A stretch of DNA of 64,000 bases from a bacterium. GTDB lineage: Bacteria; Patescibacteriota; Minisyncoccia; UBA6257; GWB1-50-10. The notes beneath the pieces are model-generated. The model searched no databases and was not told the origin of the DNA. It saw nothing but the letters and a program-made list of their open reading frames with translations. Of the stretch, positions 36,787 to 45,549 are shown one piece after another. Within the stretch, counting starts at the first letter, position 1. Every line of letters starts with the position of its first letter. The stretch spans positions 10,894 through 74,893 of the forward strand of contig JAUSKB010000026.1 of assembly GCA_030647415.1 (NCBI GenBank), written 5' to 3'. The translations under genes and the position numbers were made by a program.

Positions 36787-38046
36787 CTAGACAAACGATA
36801 TGATGAGGCCGATGCCCGCGGCGGCCATAACGGCGACGGTGAGCCACCCCGCAACGAGGGTTCCTCGCCGCTCCCGGTACTTGCCCAGCACGTCCGCGCG
36901 CCGCGCGACAAGGAGAATGAGCACAAGGAGCGGCGGCGCCAAAAGCCCGTTCAGCGCCGCGGCGTAGTAGAGGAGCTTGAAGGGTGGAATGGACAGAAAG
37001 TTCAGGAAGAGCCCGATGAGCGTCGCCGCTCCAAGTACGCCGTAGAAACCGCGGGCGCGGCGGAATTTGAGGGAGAGCCCCTCGCGCCACCCTGCCGCCT
37101 CCGCGACCGCGTAGGAGGCGGACCCGGCGAGGACCGGCACGCCCAAGAGGCCGGCGCCCACGATGCCGAGCGCGAAGAGCGCGGCGGTAAACGGTCCCGC
37201 GAGGGGCACGAGTGCCTGCGCCGCCTGGTCCGCGGTCTCGATGTTGGTGATGCCGTTCGCATGGAGCGTCGCGGCGGCCGTCACCATGATGAACCAGGCA
37301 ATGAGATTTGAGAGGAACATGCCAATCACCGTGTCGCGTCGCATGGCGCGCACCGCCCGACCGGTCACCGTGGGCGTTCCTTCACCCATCGCGTGCAATC
37401 GGTGATGCGCCACCTCCTCCTCCACCTCCTCATCCGCCTGCCAAAAGAAGAGGTAGGGCGAGATGGTCGTGCCGAGGAAGGCGACGAGCGCTAAGAGGTA
37501 CCCGGATGAAAATTCAACCTTCGGTACTATGGTCGCGAGGAGGAGCGCCCCCCAATCCGCACCGACGATGAACGCGGTCGCGACGTATGCGAGAAATGCG
37601 AGCGTGAGCCACTTCAGAATTTTCGCGTACTGCCGGTACGGTATGAGCACCTCAAGCGCGAGGATGCCAAGCGTGAATGCGATGAGGAGAACCGGAACGG
37701 GGAGCGGAAGCACCAACCCGGCGGCGGCAGCCATCGCGCCGAGGTCGGCGCCGATGTTCACCACGTTCGCGACGACGAGGAGCGTGACCGCGCCCCAGAG
37801 CACCCGGCGGCCGTAGTGCGCCTTCACCACCGCGGCGATGCCCCTGCCCGAGACGAGCCCGATTCGCCCACAAATCTCCTGTACCACCGCCATGAGCGGA
37901 AAGGTGAAGAGGGGCGCCCACAGCTGGCCCGTGCCGAAGGCGGCGCCGACCTGCGTGTAGGTCGCGATGCCCGACGAGTCGTTGTCGGACATGCCGGTCA
38001 CGAACCCGGGCCCGAGCCGCCGCCAGAATCTTCGGAGCGCACCCAT
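36787..38046 (-). CDS. mntH: NRAMP-family divalent metal (Mn2+/Fe2+) transporter.
   Basis: GPGFVTGMSDNDSSGIATY (variant of the Nramp GPGFL..DPGN motif). ~11 TM segments. 419 aa. Confidence 0.8.
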   Translation of the reverse strand: MGALRRFWRRLGPGFVTGMSDNDSSGIATYTQVGAAFGTGQLWAPLFTFPLMAVVQEICGRIGLVSGRGIAAVVKAHYGRRVLWGAVTLLVVANVVNIGADLGAMAAAAGLVLPLPVPVLLIAFTLGILALEVLIPYRQYAKILKWLTLAFLAYVATAFIVGADWGALLLATIVPKVEFSSGYLLALVAFLGTTISPYLFFWQADEEVEEEVAHHRLHAMGEGTPTVTGRAVRAMRRDTVIGMFLSNLIAWFIMVTAAATLHANGITNIETADQAAQALVPLAGPFTAALFALGIVGAGLLGVPVLAGSASYAVAEAAGWREGLSLKFRRARGFYGVLGAATLIGLFLNFLSIPPFKLLYYAAALNGLLAPPLLVLILLVARRADVLGKYRERRGTLVAGWLTVAVMAAAGIGLIISFV

Positions 38047-38057
38047 ATGATAGTCAG

Positions 38058-38186
38058 TTTACCCTGTTAGAAATTTACACGCTAACGTACATCTACCTAC
38101 CCATGTGTAGCAATAACGCACCATTTCAAGCATCAGGCCTGCATGTCCGGTAGGCGGGTGTGTATGTAAATTTCTAACATGGTAAA
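38058..38186. mobile_element. MITE-like palindromic element M1 (129 bp), with TIRs tttaccctgttagaaatttacac / gtgtatgtaaatttctaacatggtaaa.
   Basis: Read directly. It begins 12 nt upstream of the mntH ATG. Related copies lie at 44733, 60667, 60792 and a degenerate one at 62195. Confidence 0.55.
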
Positions 38187-38224
38187 TAAACAACGCGCGG
38201 GTTCTCCGCGCGTCGACCGATCTA

Positions 38225-38560
38225 CTAGCGCCCCGCAGGAAACGATGTCCGATCCCCGGATGCGACGGTAAAAAAGAGCTCCCCAAAGAAGGCCGGCTCC
38301 CAAAATCGCCCGTCTGGGAAATGCGCGTTCCCGAACGCAACCGCATCTACTCGCTCGACAAAATAATACCCGTTGAGGCCTTCTGACATTTCAGTTGTAC
38401 CAAACCGGAACCCCCATGCGTTCGCCTTCGCCGACGTCAAAATGCCGAGCCGCTCGAGATGCGCACAGCTCCTTTGAAAATGCCTCCATTCCAGCGAACC
38501 CTCTGGGGTCGCTGTTGCCTCCACAAACTGATCGTGAAGGGTGCCCCACCCTATGGTCAT
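38225..38560 (-). CDS. Hypothetical protein, tandem paralogue of the 38625..38978 product.
   Basis: Shares LE.LG.LT..K...WGF and YF..R.D.A.FG blocks with the neighbour. Confidence 0.45.
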   Translation of the reverse strand: MTIGWGTLHDQFVEATATPEGSLEWRHFQRSCAHLERLGILTSAKANAWGFRFGTTEMSEGLNGYYFVERVDAVAFGNAHFPDGRFWEPAFFGELFFTVASGDRTSFPAGR

Positions 38561-38624
38561 ACTATCCTCCTAGAATAACTGGTACCATCCTACTGTCGTG
38601 GTAGACGCCTGTTAATAAAAATAT

Positions 38625-38978
38625 TTAGAGCTCTCCAAATTGATGGAGCATCCAGAATCCACCAAAACACAGCTTTCCAAAGAGCGCCGCATCGTCCCGC
38701 CTCACGAAGTAGAAGTCGTCGAGACCTCTCGCCACTTTCTCATCACGGAAAAAGGATTCAAACCCCCATGAACCTTCTTTCTCGCGTGTCAGTACCCCGA
38801 GCTGTTCGAGTTGTTTACAATTCTCAAAAAATACTTGGCACTCCGGAGCTTCCCCTTGCCTACCATATGCTGTAAAGTACTGATCACCAAGTAGTTTCCA
38901 GTCCCTCTCGGTTACCATAGTGTCCCCATATATTGTGAAAGATATTGTGACACTACTCGCCTTCGCTGGTTCGGTCAA
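38625..38978 (-). CDS. Hypothetical protein, tandem paralogue.
   Basis: See above. Confidence 0.45.
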   Translation of the reverse strand: MTEPAKASSVTISFTIYGDTMVTERDWKLLGDQYFTAYGRQGEAPECQVFFENCKQLEQLGVLTREKEGSWGFESFFRDEKVARGLDDFYFVRRDDAALFGKLCFGGFWMLHQFGEL

Positions 38979-39028
38979 CAGTACCCGATCCCGTTTACAT
39001 TTCGGGGCTCATCGGGTAGCATGGGTTC

Positions 39029-39529
39029 ATTCAGTATCGGATCAACAACTACATCACCGCACCGGAGGTCCGGGTGGTCGGCGCCGACAATGAGAGCTTG
39101 GGCGTCCTCCCGATCGCGGAAGCTCTCCAGCTCGCCCGGGACCAGGGTCTGGACCTCATTGAGGTCGCCCCGAACGCTAAGCCGCCCGTCGCCCGGATTA
39201 TCGCCTACGATAAGTTCCGGTACCAAAAGGAGAAGGAGTTCAAGAAGCAGCGGCTTGCCCAGCGTGTGAAAGACCTGAAGCAGGTCCGCATCACGGTGCG
39301 AATGGGAAAGAATGACCTTGAGGTCCGGCTGAAGAAGGTTGAGGAGTTCCTCACCAACGGGCACCGCGTCGAGATCATGATCGCGCTCCGCGGGCGCGAG
39401 AAGGGAAATAAGGAGTGGGGCTTGCAGAAACTCGCCGCCTTCCGTACACTCATCAAGACTCCATTCACGGTGGTGATGCCGCCGCGGTGGGGCGGCCGGG
39501 GGTTCATCACCCAGATAGCTAAAAAATAA
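39029..39529 (+). CDS. infC: Translation initiation factor IF-3, with a probable non-AUG (AUU) start.
   Basis: INNYITAPEVRVVGADNESLGVLPIAEALQLARDQGLDLIEV... matches IF-3 N- and C-domains. The frame opens after a TAG at 39017 with no in-frame ATG before the conserved N-terminus. ATT at 39029 parallels the E. coli infC AUU start. Confidence 0.75.
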   Translation: MQYRINNYITAPEVRVVGADNESLGVLPIAEALQLARDQGLDLIEVAPNAKPPVARIIAYDKFRYQKEKEFKKQRLAQRVKDLKQVRITVRMGKNDLEVRLKKVEEFLTNGHRVEIMIALRGREKGNKEWGLQKLAAFRTLIKTPFTVVMPPRWGGRGFITQIAKK

Positions 39530-39708
39530 TGCAAAAAAGCTACTCAACTCGCCTGAAGATTACCGGCCGCGGCAAGATTCGCCGCCGGTCGACCACGCTC
39601 GGACATTCCCGGATGAACAAGACGGGCGCCCAGATTCGACATAAGCGGCGGCTCCGGAAGCTCGCCGGCATCCACCGCGAGGAACTCTCCAGGAATCTCA
39701 CAAATTAA
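39528..39708 (+). CDS. rpmI: 50S ribosomal protein L35.
   Basis: Translation MQKSYSTRLKITGRGKIRRRSTTLGHSRMNKTGAQIRHKRRLRKLAGIHREELSRNLTN. Overlaps the infC stop (taATG). Below the ORF-track length cutoff. Confidence 0.8.
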
Positions 39709-39717
39709 CGAATACGT

Positions 39718-40062
39718 ATGACCCGAGTCAAACGAGGTACGAGTGCCACTAAAAAACGCCGTAGCGTCCTGAAACAGGCGAAGGGGTTCCGTTGGGGCAG
39801 GAAGTCAAAGGAACGCGCCGCAAAGGAGGCGCTCCTCCACTCACAGTCCCGCGCCTTCAAGGGGCGGAAGGAGAAGAAGCGCGTCTACCGCGCGCTCTGG
39901 AACGTCCGCTTGAACGCCGCAGTCCGCGAGCACGGCATGACGTACAGCACCTTTATTGCCGCGCTGAAGAAAAAAGGGGTGAAGCTCGACCGGAAGGTGC
40001 TCTCCGAGCTCGCCGTGAAACATCCGGACATATTCAAGCGCATCGTCGAATTCGTCCGCTAG
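39718..40062 (+). CDS. rplT: 50S ribosomal protein L20.
   Basis: MTRVKRGTSATKKRRSVLKQAKGFRWGRKS...AALKKKGVKLDRKVLSELAV matches L20. Confidence 0.9.
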   Translation: MTRVKRGTSATKKRRSVLKQAKGFRWGRKSKERAAKEALLHSQSRAFKGRKEKKRVYRALWNVRLNAAVREHGMTYSTFIAALKKKGVKLDRKVLSELAVKHPDIFKRIVEFVR

Positions 40063-40073
40063 CAAATCGAGAA

Positions 40074-40095
40074 CCTCCCACCCGGGAGGTTTTTT
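40074..40095 (+). terminator. Rho-independent terminator cctccc-acc-cgggagg followed by TTTTT.
   Basis: Read directly after the rplT stop. Confidence 0.7.
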
Positions 40096-40456
40096 AGTCA
40101 CTCTCCAGAAGCTTATACCCGAACCGCTTGAGATCGATTTTCCCCTGCTCTATTTTCACACCTTCCCGCTTCAGCATCTTGATCTTCCGTTTGGTCCCGC
40201 GCGCGAACCCGCCCACCATTCCGTCCGACCGGACGACGCGATGGCACGGAACTGTGCGGGCGCCTGCCCTGAGCGGAGCCGAAGGGAACGGGTTCCGGTT
40301 CATCGCGTTCCCCACGGCGCGGGAGGCGCCGGGCCGCCCGACCGCCCGGGCGAGCGCGGCATAGGTCGTCACCTTCCCACGAGGAACACGGCGAAGCACC
40401 TGGTAGACCCGGGCAGTGAAGGTCGGCGCGAAATTGCTGCGGTGGTAAATATTCAT
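40094..40456 (-). CDS. ogt: Methylated-DNA-protein-cysteine methyltransferase DNA-binding domain protein (Ogt/MGMT-like).
   Basis: Active-site VPCHRVV. 120 aa. Confidence 0.8.
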   Translation of the reverse strand: MNIYHRSNFAPTFTARVYQVLRRVPRGKVTTYAALARAVGRPGASRAVGNAMNRNPFPSAPLRAGARTVPCHRVVRSDGMVGGFARGTKRKIKMLKREGVKIEQGKIDLKRFGYKLLESD

Positions 40457-40464
40457 GAATTTAC

Positions 40465-40502
40465 AGAGGCGAGACCTCAGGGCTCCCCGAGGTCTCGCCT
40501 CT
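40465..40502. repeat. REP-like hairpin H1 agaggcgagacctc-agggctcccc-gaggtctcgcctct.
   Basis: 13-bp perfect stem. Related copies lie at 41116 and 56286. Confidence 0.6.
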
Positions 40503-40545
40503 ATCGGCTTTCGGTTTGAATCCCCAAGGTTTCACCTCGGGAAGC

Positions 40546-41079
40546 TCAGGGGCGGATTGGCGGCGGCCGATACCTATGATGCACCCGATTCCCGTGTGCC
40601 GCTTTCGGTCCGACCTGCCCCCCGCGGCTCAGCGGGACGGGGCTCACCAGCTCGTACGCCCGCTTCAGGTTCCGCTTGAGATTCGGAGCCACGAGCATCC
40701 GGAGCGCGTCACGGTACAGAAACCAGCCGTACCCTTCGTGGGGCTCGCCGGGCGCGTCGTCGCCCCGTGCGGGGAGAGTGATGGCGATCTTCTTCGTCTC
40801 GGCGAGATAATAGGTAATGGTCTTGAAGATACGCTCGCGATCTCGGGTGAACACAAACTGGTCACGAATCTTGAAGTGGTGTTTGAACCGAAGGTCTCCC
40901 TCCGCAATGCCGGTCTCCTCCTCAACCTCCCGGAGCGCCGCCTTGAAGTTGGACTCGCCGTCTAGCTTCCCCTTCGGGAAGCTCCAATTCCGGCCGCCGT
41001 GATACGTAAGGAGAAATTTCGGTCCGTCCGACGTCTGCCGGTAGATGATCATGCCTGCTGATATTTCTCGGGATACCAT
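40546..41079 (-). CDS. NUDIX hydrolase.
   Basis: Nudix box GKLDGESNFKAALREVEEETGI. Start chosen at an internal Met so that hairpin H2 stays intergenic; the track ORF runs to 41163. Confidence 0.65.
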   Translation of the reverse strand: MVSREISAGMIIYRQTSDGPKFLLTYHGGRNWSFPKGKLDGESNFKAALREVEEETGIAEGDLRFKHHFKIRDQFVFTRDRERIFKTITYYLAETKKIAITLPARGDDAPGEPHEGYGWFLYRDALRMLVAPNLKRNLKRAYELVSPVPLSRGGQVGPKAAHGNRVHHRYRPPPIRP

Positions 41080-41115
41080 GAAAGGTTTGGTGTGGGGCAA
41101 TAATACCACGAAACC

Positions 41116-41153
41116 AGAGGCGAGACCTCGGGGAACCTTGAGGTCTCGCCTCT
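41116..41153. repeat. REP-like hairpin H2 agaggcgagacctc-ggggaacctt-gaggtctcgcctct.
   Basis: Identical loop to H3, with compensatory stem differences. Confidence 0.6.
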
Positions 41154-41175
41154 GGGGAATCATCCGGGCATTTCT

Positions 41176-41853
41176 CTATCGGTGCCCACCCGGCAAATGC
41201 GGTCCACCGGTCGGCGGCGGGGTAGCGGGAACGGCGGTCGGTGCGGGAAACAAGACACGCGGCACCGTGAGAAGGAGGAACGCCGACCCAAACGAGAGCC
41301 CGCCCGCGACAAGGTAGAGGGCGGTGAAACCGAGGAGCTGGGCAATCGCACCCCCAATGAACGCGGAGGCACCAGAAACCAGGGCGACACCGGTCCCGTC
41401 GAGCGCCCAATCGAACGCGCCCGACCCTTTGTCGAGGTGGCGCGAAAAGATGGCATACCATGCCGGCGAGTAGAACCCGAAGGCAACGCCCTGGACCAGC
41501 GCGACCGCAAAGAGCCCCACAGGGGTCGTGATGGTGAGGTAGGCGAGCGCCGAGACGCCGCCGAGTATGAGGCCGAAAATGAGCGCGTGAAAGTCATCGC
41601 GTTCCCCGTTATGCCGGTCGATATAGACCGCGACCGGCATCTGAACCGCGGCGCGCGTCGCCCAGTAGATGGCGACGGCGACGCCGACCGTGATTGCATC
41701 CGCTCCCACAATGCGGTCGAGAACAAAGAGCGCGAAGATTGGACCCACGAGCCCCCAACCGCCCCAAAAGAGGAGGTCACCCACGACGAACGCCCGGACG
41801 ATCCGGTTCACCGTCGGAAACTTCAAACGAATGTGGATGCTGCCGAGATCCAT
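41176..41853 (-). CDS. MFS-like half-transporter (6 TM, 226 aa). Possibly a truncated MFS pseudogene or a split transporter.
   Basis: About six hydrophobic segments with MFS-like loops. The upstream in-frame extension overlaps the Clp gene end. Start taken at MDLGS. Confidence 0.45.
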   Translation of the reverse strand: MDLGSIHIRLKFPTVNRIVRAFVVGDLLFWGGWGLVGPIFALFVLDRIVGADAITVGVAVAIYWATRAAVQMPVAVYIDRHNGERDDFHALIFGLILGGVSALAYLTITTPVGLFAVALVQGVAFGFYSPAWYAIFSRHLDKGSGAFDWALDGTGVALVSGASAFIGGAIAQLLGFTALYLVAGGLSFGSAFLLLTVPRVLFPAPTAVPATPPPTGGPHLPGGHR

Positions 41854-41858
41854 GGTAG

Positions 41859-44384
41859 TTATGCGGTTACCGAGAACTGGAAGGTGTCCCCCTCGACGTC
41901 GAGCTCGATTGCGTTCCCCCGGTCGATCTCCTTTCGGAGCAACTTTTCCGCAAGCACGCTCTTCACGCGCTCCGAGATGGTCGCACGGAGCGGCCGGGCG
42001 CCGAACGTGGGGCTCCACCCCAGCTCGGCGAGCCTCCGAATCGCGGCGTCTGTCGCGGCGAGCTCGATGCCGTGCGTCTCGCGGAGCGAATCGGCAACAT
42101 CGCGGATGAGGAACCCGGCGATGGTCGCGATCTCGTCTACGGAGAGGTTCCGAAACACAATGATATCAGAAAAACGGTTCAGGAGCTCGGGCCGGAAGTA
42201 CTCGGTGAGTTTTGACTTCAATTCGTCGGAAATATCCTCGGTCGTTCTGCCTTTTTTGACCTCATCCTGGATGTAGACCGAGTGCGCATTCGAGGTTGCG
42301 ATAATGATGGTATTCGAAAAATCCGCTGTGCGTCCGAGACTGTCGGTGAGCCGACCGTCGTCGAATACCTGGAGAAAGAGGTTCAGGATGTCCGAATGCG
42401 CCTTCTCGAACTCGTCGAGGAGGATGAGGCTGTACGGATCGCGGAGCACCGCGTCGGTTAAAGCTCCGGTCCGCTCGCCGTCCGGCGTGCCGATGAACCG
42501 CTGGATACTCGACTTCTCCTGATACTCGGACATGTCAAACCGGTGCATGAGGTCCTTCGAACCGAACTGTATGGCGGTCAGTATCTTCGCAAGCTCCGTC
42601 TTCCCCACCCCGGTCGGCCCCACGAAGAGGAAGGTGGCGATGGGACCGGACGAGCGCGCGAGCCCGCTCCGGTACTCACGAAGCGCGCGGGCGACCGCCG
42701 TGACCGCCGGCGCCTGGTTCACGAGCTTCCGGTGAATGAGCGCCTCGAGGTTTAGGAGCTTTTCCGTTTCGGCGGTCCCCGCCTGCTGAATGGGAATTTT
42801 GCTCTGTGTCTCCGCAACAGCAATGACCGTTGCCTCGTCGAGCGTCGTGCGTCGCTCGGCGGCTGCCTTCGCGAGCGCGAGCTTCAGAAGGTCTAAGGCA
42901 CTCCCGGGCAGGAGCTTATGCCGGAAGTACCGATGCGCGAGCTGTACCGCACGGCGAGCCGCGTGGAAGGTGATGACAATGCGGTACTCGCGCTCCAAAA
43001 GCAGGGCTGCGTAGACGAGAAATCGGGTGGCTTCGGCTTCCGTAATTTCATCGATGGGCACCGTCTCGAAAAGCTCGAGGAAGTCGGTCCGTTGCTCGAT
43101 ATACTGCTTGAACTCCCGCGGGAAGGTCTCACAGATGACCGGAATCGCCGCACTCCGGAAAACCGGCAGGAGAAGGTCGATGGGGTTCACCGCACCCTTG
43201 CCGGCGAGTCGAAAGAGGTCGTGCACGTTCGGCAGGAAGAGCACGATGTTACCGGCGAGCGCGATTTCCTCGACGACCTTCCCGAGCCGCCCCGCGAGCA
43301 CCTCGGTGGACGCATTCGCGATAAGTTCCGTGAGGTTCACCTCTACAAGCCGCTTGTCAAAAAGCACCGGGGGCACCTGGTCCTTCACCATCCGGAATGC
43401 GAGGTGGGCGATTATCGTGGATTTGCCGGAACCCGGCTCGCCCACCAGGATGGCGTTCGGCTTCCCCGGACGTGCAATGACGTTCAAGAGGGTAGAAAAC
43501 TCACGTTCGTGGCCGATGAGGAGCCCGATCTTCTCTGCTCGAGCGAGGTCGGTGAGATCGGTTGAGTACCGGTCGAGCGCCGGCGTCGGCCGTGCGGTCC
43601 ACGCACGGTTCATCGTTCGGTGCCGGAGAAATTTCGGCTGGTGCGCAAACCCGCTAAGCATTGCCGGCGTCCGGCGAATGGGTCCAAAGAGCTTTCGCCA
43701 GCGGCCGAAAATCGCCGCCTCCTGAATGTCCGGCGCAGTCACCTCGAAGAGTCGAAATAGTTTCCCTACTTGCGGGTGCCCTACCGCGGTCGCGGCCACG
43801 AAGAGGTTCCGCGGTTCAATAAATTGCTCGTTCGTTCCCCGCGCGTTCTCGAATGCGGCGATGACGAGCGCTTCGACGGGGTCGGTGCCGGGCGAATCAG
43901 TCTCTGGCTCGACCCCCTCCCCGTGCCGAAGTTCGGCGCTCCGCTCCATATACTCGGTGAGGCGCGCGAGGAATTCCTCGCGCGGAATGTCGAGCCGGCG
44001 GAGCGCCTCGCGGATATCGGGAATGTCCGAAAGTCCCAAGAGAAGCACTAGGTGAAAATCCTGACCGAACGCCTTCGCTTTTCTGACCGCCGCATTCAAA
44101 GCCCGAAACGCGCGGGGTGTGAGCGACTGCCCGACATTCACCCGGCTCCCCGGCAGGTCGCTCACTGTCCGTTCGGCCTCGCCGAAGTGGAGCAGTCGGT
44201 CGCCGAGAAACAGGACGAACAGCGCTCCCAGCCACTGGAGCTGGCTCACGCGTGAAATGAGGAGGAGCGCGGTCGAGGCGGTAAGCACCGTGTACGCGCA
44301 AATCCCGACGAGTCGGACGAAAAACTCGCCGGGAGCGGTCATGGTAAGTCGGGCGTCGCTGAAGGTGAGCGTTTTCATTTTCAC
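41859..44384 (-). CDS. ClpA/ClpB/ClpC-family AAA+ chaperone with two predicted N-terminal TM helices.
   Basis: Two Clp_N-like repeats. D1 Walker A GEPGSGKST. D2 Walker A LFVGPTGVGKTELAK. Sensor and arginine-finger regions present. The N-terminal ~70 aa are hydrophobic. Confidence 0.8.
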   Translation of the reverse strand: MKMKTLTFSDARLTMTAPGEFFVRLVGICAYTVLTASTALLLISRVSQLQWLGALFVLFLGDRLLHFGEAERTVSDLPGSRVNVGQSLTPRAFRALNAAVRKAKAFGQDFHLVLLLGLSDIPDIREALRRLDIPREEFLARLTEYMERSAELRHGEGVEPETDSPGTDPVEALVIAAFENARGTNEQFIEPRNLFVAATAVGHPQVGKLFRLFEVTAPDIQEAAIFGRWRKLFGPIRRTPAMLSGFAHQPKFLRHRTMNRAWTARPTPALDRYSTDLTDLARAEKIGLLIGHEREFSTLLNVIARPGKPNAILVGEPGSGKSTIIAHLAFRMVKDQVPPVLFDKRLVEVNLTELIANASTEVLAGRLGKVVEEIALAGNIVLFLPNVHDLFRLAGKGAVNPIDLLLPVFRSAAIPVICETFPREFKQYIEQRTDFLELFETVPIDEITEAEATRFLVYAALLLEREYRIVITFHAARRAVQLAHRYFRHKLLPGSALDLLKLALAKAAAERRTTLDEATVIAVAETQSKIPIQQAGTAETEKLLNLEALIHRKLVNQAPAVTAVARALREYRSGLARSSGPIATFLFVGPTGVGKTELAKILTAIQFGSKDLMHRFDMSEYQEKSSIQRFIGTPDGERTGALTDAVLRDPYSLILLDEFEKAHSDILNLFLQVFDDGRLTDSLGRTADFSNTIIIATSNAHSVYIQDEVKKGRTTEDISDELKSKLTEYFRPELLNRFSDIIVFRNLSVDEIATIAGFLIRDVADSLRETHGIELAATDAAIRRLAELGWSPTFGARPLRATISERVKSVLAEKLLRKEIDRGNAIELDVEGDTFQFSVTA

Positions 44385-44387
44385 CGG

Positions 44388-44732
44388 TCAGCCAGCGAAC
44401 GCGAGGAAAAGGAGGGTGGGCGGGATGCCGAGCCATACCGCGTACACTACGACCGCGATGGAAAGTAGTACGGCATACACGGCGGTCGCGGCGGCGAGGC
44501 GGCCGATACGGAACAGAAAGCCGAGAACATACCCGATAACCGAGTAGTCCTTGTAGAGCGGTTGAAAGAGGTTTTGGAGCGTTACCCGCCAGGCGAGTGT
44601 GTGGTCCAGGGCCTGGAGCCGATTTACCACGCCGTTCCAGTAGATGCGCATGCTGTGCACGTACCAGTGCCGGAGGAACTCACCGACATGGAACGCGGCG
44701 TGCCGGACGACGTATACTACGGCGGAATTCAT
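44388..44732 (-). CDS. Small hypothetical membrane protein, first gene of the Clp operon.
   Basis: Two or three TM helices. Its stop lies 3 nt from the clp ATG. Confidence 0.5.
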   Translation of the reverse strand: MNSAVVYVVRHAAFHVGEFLRHWYVHSMRIYWNGVVNRLQALDHTLAWRVTLQNLFQPLYKDYSVIGYVLGFLFRIGRLAAATAVYAVLLSIAVVVYAVWLGIPPTLLFLAFAG

Positions 44733-44832
44733 CCCGTTAGAAATGTGATATTGGTAGATACGCCGACAACGTATCTGCTTCGTGGGTTCGTGGGTTAATG
44801 GACATTAGATTCAAAGCAAAATTTCTAACGGG
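44733..44832. mobile_element. MITE-like palindromic element M2 (100 bp), with TIRs cccgttagaaatgtga / caaaatttctaacggg.
   Basis: Starts at the nucleotide after the 44732 start codon. Has an internal hairpin agatacg..cgtatct. Confidence 0.5.
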
Positions 44833-45033
44833 ATTCATTGCTTTCATTATAGAGAAAAGATAAACAATAAACGACAAACAAAAAACGTCCCGGCTACTGC
44901 CAGGACGTCACACCATGAATTTCACCGAAACCATCCACATACGTAGGTGAGCATCCCTATTACGAATACCACCCACCACCATCGCACCACCATGGTCATC
45001 ATAGACTCTCCGATTCGAATCATAAGACCTCCG

Positions 45034-45411
45034 TTAATATGGGGAGAATCGTTCCCACAAAAGAAAAATGCGAATGACGACTCCCCACGCCACCGTCACG
45101 AAAATCGGGGTAAGCACTATCCGCACGGGCGAAGCATCCGGTTGTAGGAAAAACGACGCTACCCAGCCTCCCGCAACCCAAACGCCGAAAACAATTAACA
45201 CCTCCAACGCGCGAGACGGGCCGAACTTCCGGCGATTGAAGAGAGGGAGTAGTCCCTCCCATAACATGAGTGGCCACGAGACCAGACACAGCAGAAAACC
45301 GATACCATCCCCGAAGTAGCACGGGAAATTGAACCGGGGCGCAATCAATATGCCCCTGCCCGAAATGAAAAATACCGTGAGCACGGCGGCAACACAGCCG
45401 ACTGTTTCCAT
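45034..45411 (-). CDS. Hypothetical membrane protein (125 aa).
   Basis: Four predicted TM helices. Confidence 0.45.
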   Translation of the reverse strand: METVGCVAAVLTVFFISGRGILIAPRFNFPCYFGDGIGFLLCLVSWPLMLWEGLLPLFNRRKFGPSRALEVLIVFGVWVAGGWVASFFLQPDASPVRIVLTPIFVTVAWGVVIRIFLLWERFSPY

Positions 45412-45497
45412 ATATACCTCCTAAAAAGTTGTACTGCCCTCCTTATACGGCACGCCACACGAATATGCAAATGCTAGTGGTGGGTTGAGTGTCTGCG

Positions 45498-45532
45498 GAA
45501 GTCGGACTCCCCCACGTAAGTCCGACTTCCCA
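45498..45532 (-). terminator. Hairpin ggaagtcggact-cccccacgta-agtccgacttcc downstream of the UDG gene.
   Basis: 12-bp perfect stem. Confidence 0.55.
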
Positions 45533-45549
45533 AATATTGAATTCGTGGG

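Noticed and set aside
38058-38186. Interpreting the ccctgttagaaatttaca arms upstream of mntH as DtxR/MntR-type metal-regulator operators (shared GTTAG with iron boxes).
   Set aside because: The same arms occur upstream of functionally unrelated genes (Clp operon, Mur ligase, rpsT). The arms are 65-90 bp apart rather than forming a compact 19-bp box. A repeat-element explanation fits better, though regulator binding is not excluded.
38975-39547. Minus-strand 190-aa ORF overlapping infC.
   Set aside because: The plus strand encodes an unmistakable IF-3 (conserved N- and C-domains) followed by rpmI and rplT. The antisense ORF is a GC-rich artefact.
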